From Deltaproteobacteria bacterium (lineage in GTDB: Bacteria; Desulfobacterota; GWC2-55-46; S146-73), in assembly GCA_015492355.1 (NCBI GenBank), contig WGFF01000222.1, positions 1 to 25,150 of the forward strand: a DNA stretch of 25,150 nt. Direction: 5' to 3'. Shown in pieces: positions 23,195 through 25,150 of the stretch. Position 1 is the stretch's first letter. The number at the start of each line of letters is the position of its first letter. Made by a program: the position numbers and the translations under genes. The notes beneath the pieces were generated by a model. The model was not told where the DNA came from. It made no database searches and saw only the letters and a program-made list of their open reading frames with translations.

Positions 23195-25150
23195 ATGAAC
23201 ATACCAAAGTGGCAGAAGATACGTTACGGGCTTATAGGGTTATCCTGTGTACTCTTCTTTGCTCCACTTTCTTTTATACCTGGTCTATTCGGTAGCAGGG
23301 ATTTCTGCGGCATTCTGTGTATGAGGCGCTTTTATCTTTATTGGCCCGGTATGAGTGTAGAGGACCTCACCTTTCAGGTGATGGTATCCATAGGCGGTGT
23401 AATACTACTCTGTGTGATACTGGTTGTAACATTCCTTTTTGGACGCCTGTGGTGCGGGTATGTCTGTCCTGTAGGAGGTTTCCCTGAACTTGTGAGCCGT
23501 ATGCTCGGTGAAAGGATAAAGATAGATTACCGTGTGCTTCCGCAGGCTCCCATCAGGTACGGTTATCTCGGCTTTTATCTTGTAACGATGCCAGTGCTCG
23601 GGATAAGCGCATGCACACTGTGTAACTTTATTGTCCTTCCGCGTATTTTCGATGCATTAAGTGGGGGGAGGGAAGGTATCATGTATCTACTTACCTCTGT
23701 AGGTCTTACAAACCTTGCCCTTGTATTTCTTCTTGGTTTCTTTGCACACAAGGGAAGGGCATACTGTTCGTTTCTGTGTCCCATCGGTGCAATAGATGGC
23801 ATCGTTAACAGGATAGGCGCATCTTTCGGTTTTACAAGACGTATCCGTGTTTCCATGAGTAGATGCAATGGATGCGGAGTATGTGCAATCACCTGTATGT
23901 GTGGAGCGATAAGTATCCACAGAGACAAGGCTGTGGTGGATCAACTCTCGTGCATGTCCTGTCATGAATGTGTGGATGTGTGTGCTGCAGATGCAATAGA
24001 ATATCTTGTAATACCACCGGCTGGAAGAACACAGAGATCCCCCCGCTGTAGGGAGATAGAACCTGTATGGACAGGTGTATATAGCAAAACAGGCATAAAC
24101 GTAAAAAGGATATTCCTCATGTCCCTGACAGCAGTGGTTATTGCCTTCATATTCGTTACCCAGGTCTATGCAGGGAAGAGGAGAACCGATCCAGAAGGAT
24201 GCCTTACATGCCATGCTATCAAGGGGCTTCAATATATAGATAATAACGGACTTTTAAGAGATGCCACCATAGATGAATCCCACTACTATTCATCCATACA
24301 CGGAGGCATTCCTTGCAGGGATTGTCATGCCGGGATTGAACGCTTTCCCCATGATGCCAAAAAGGGAGGGGTGGATTGTGCGAACCGATGCCACATAAAC
24401 GAACCATCGAGCAACGCAAGATATTCACACAAGGATATAGTGGATGAATTCAAGGATTCCGTACACGGTAATGGTGCTACCAGCGGGTTTACCGGTAGAA
24501 ATCGCCTTGATGAGACCGTTTCACTTCTTCCATCATGTCGTAGATGTCACAGTAATACCCTGTATGTGGATGATAAGAGAATAGATGAGTTCAAAGAGGT
24601 TTTTAAAGACTGCGAGCGTGAATGTGGCAGATGCCACAGGGGAAGGGCATGGCGTTCACAATCGGCAGGACATATTATCAGAAGGCTTCTCGGTGCAAGA
24701 CGGACAAAGAAGGAAGAGATAGCACTATGTAACGGATGTCATGGCGATGTGGAGATGATGAAGGAGGTGGAACTCGAGGATAAAAAGACGGGAAAGAAAA
24801 AGAGAGCCGATGAGAGGTTTATCATGGCTGGTACAAGTTACTTACTTACCCTCCACGGGAGGCTCCTTGAAAGGAATAACCAGTACGGTACATCCTGTAT
24901 GGACTGTCACGCACCACAGGATTACAGGCACAGAATACTCCGCTCAGACAATCCCCTTTCATCGACCCACATAAAAAATCTCCCACACACCTGTGGTAGC
25001 GTATGTCATGACTATGCGGACATACCCCTCAACACCGCTTTTTTAACTACTGATATGCACCCACTGGATCTCACCCCCCTTGATACGAAGGATATATTTA
25101 GAGCCATGTGGAGAGAACCATCAGGATGGTTTGTATCTGTACTTATACTC
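23195..25150 (+). CDS. NapH/MauN-like 4Fe-4S membrane protein fused to a CbcL-like multiheme cytochrome c domain (3' partial; absent from ORF track)
   Basis: Manual translation: open from ATG 23195 for 652 codons to the window edge with no stop. Contains GRLWCGYVCP, RAYCSFLCP, CNGCGVCAITC and CMSCHECVDVC, a TM helix, then CLTCH, CRDCH, CANRCH, CRRCH, CGRCH, CNGCH, CMDCH, CGSVCH with S(I/V)HG spacers; a new hydrophobic stretch starts at the edge. Confidence 0.85.
   Translation, partial: MNIPKWQKIRYGLIGLSCVLFFAPLSFIPGLFGSRDFCGILCMRRFYLYWPGMSVEDLTFQVMVSIGGVILLCVILVVTFLFGRLWCGYVCPVGGFPELVSRMLGERIKIDYRVLPQAPIRYGYLGFYLVTMPVLGISACTLCNFIVLPRIFDALSGGREGIMYLLTSVGLTNLALVFLLGFFAHKGRAYCSFLCPIGAIDGIVNRIGASFGFTRRIRVSMSRCNGCGVCAITCMCGAISIHRDKAVVDQLSCMSCHECVDVCAADAIEYLVIPPAGRTQRSPRCREIEPVWTGVYSKTGINVKRIFLMSLTAVVIAFIFVTQVYAGKRRTDPEGCLTCHAIKGLQYIDNNGLLRDATIDESHYYSSIHGGIPCRDCHAGIERFPHDAKKGGVDCANRCHINEPSSNARYSHKDIVDEFKDSVHGNGATSGFTGRNRLDETVSLLPSCRRCHSNTLYVDDKRIDEFKEVFKDCERECGRCHRGRAWRSQSAGHIIRRLLGARRTKKEEIALCNGCHGDVEMMKEVELEDKKTGKKKRADERFIMAGTSYLLTLHGRLLERNNQYGTSCMDCHAPQDYRHRILRSDNPLSSTHIKNLPHTCGSVCHDYADIPLNTAFLTTDMHPLDLTPLDTKDIFRAMWREPSGWFVSVLIL

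Noticed and set aside
23951-23983. CMSCH as an additional heme-c site
   Set aside because: It is part of CMSCHECVDVC, a CxxCxxCxxxC ferredoxin motif on the predicted cytoplasmic side.
169-24428. All minus-strand ORFs and the short alternative-frame plus-strand ORFs in the track (for example 3845-4447, 4665-5399, 5400-6062, 9749-10426, 23687-24232)
   Set aside because: They lie inside well-supported + strand genes, have no recognisable motifs, and look like antisense or shifted-frame shadows.

Overview
A gene-dense respiratory locus from a diderm bacterium (porins, signal peptides, a lipobox), with every credible gene on the + strand. I counted 45 canonical CxxCH heme-c motifs plus 3 atypical ones (one CX7CH, two CX3CH) in 10 proteins. 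Four blocks are visible. (1) 297-7978: a CydA-like (cytochrome bd-like) oxidase subunit without CydB or a recognisable Q-loop, three membrane-anchored c-cytochromes (one with an EbdC/NxrC-type heme-b domain), a tandem USP protein and a small CGHVG-motif protein. (2) 7959-11196: an outer-membrane beta-barrel, a monoheme cytochrome with ten [H/N]PC repeats and a pentaheme cytochrome. (3) 11446-15989: a CxxC periplasmic protein, CcdA, a TlpA/ResA thioredoxin, an ECF sigma with a zinc-type anti-sigma, two Cys/His-rich leader-like ORFs and a second CGHVG protein. (4) 16089-25150: an apparent quinone-to-cell-surface electron conduit. It comprises an octaheme-tetrathionate-reductase-like cytochrome with a CFI-box C-terminal anchor, a porin, 7-, 8- (lipoprotein) and 6-heme cytochromes, and an ORF missing from the supplied track (23195 to window end) that fuses a NapH-like polyferredoxin to a CbcL-like multiheme domain. 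No rRNA, tRNA, CRISPR or mobile element is supported. Family assignments come from motif recognition only; no database searches were run.
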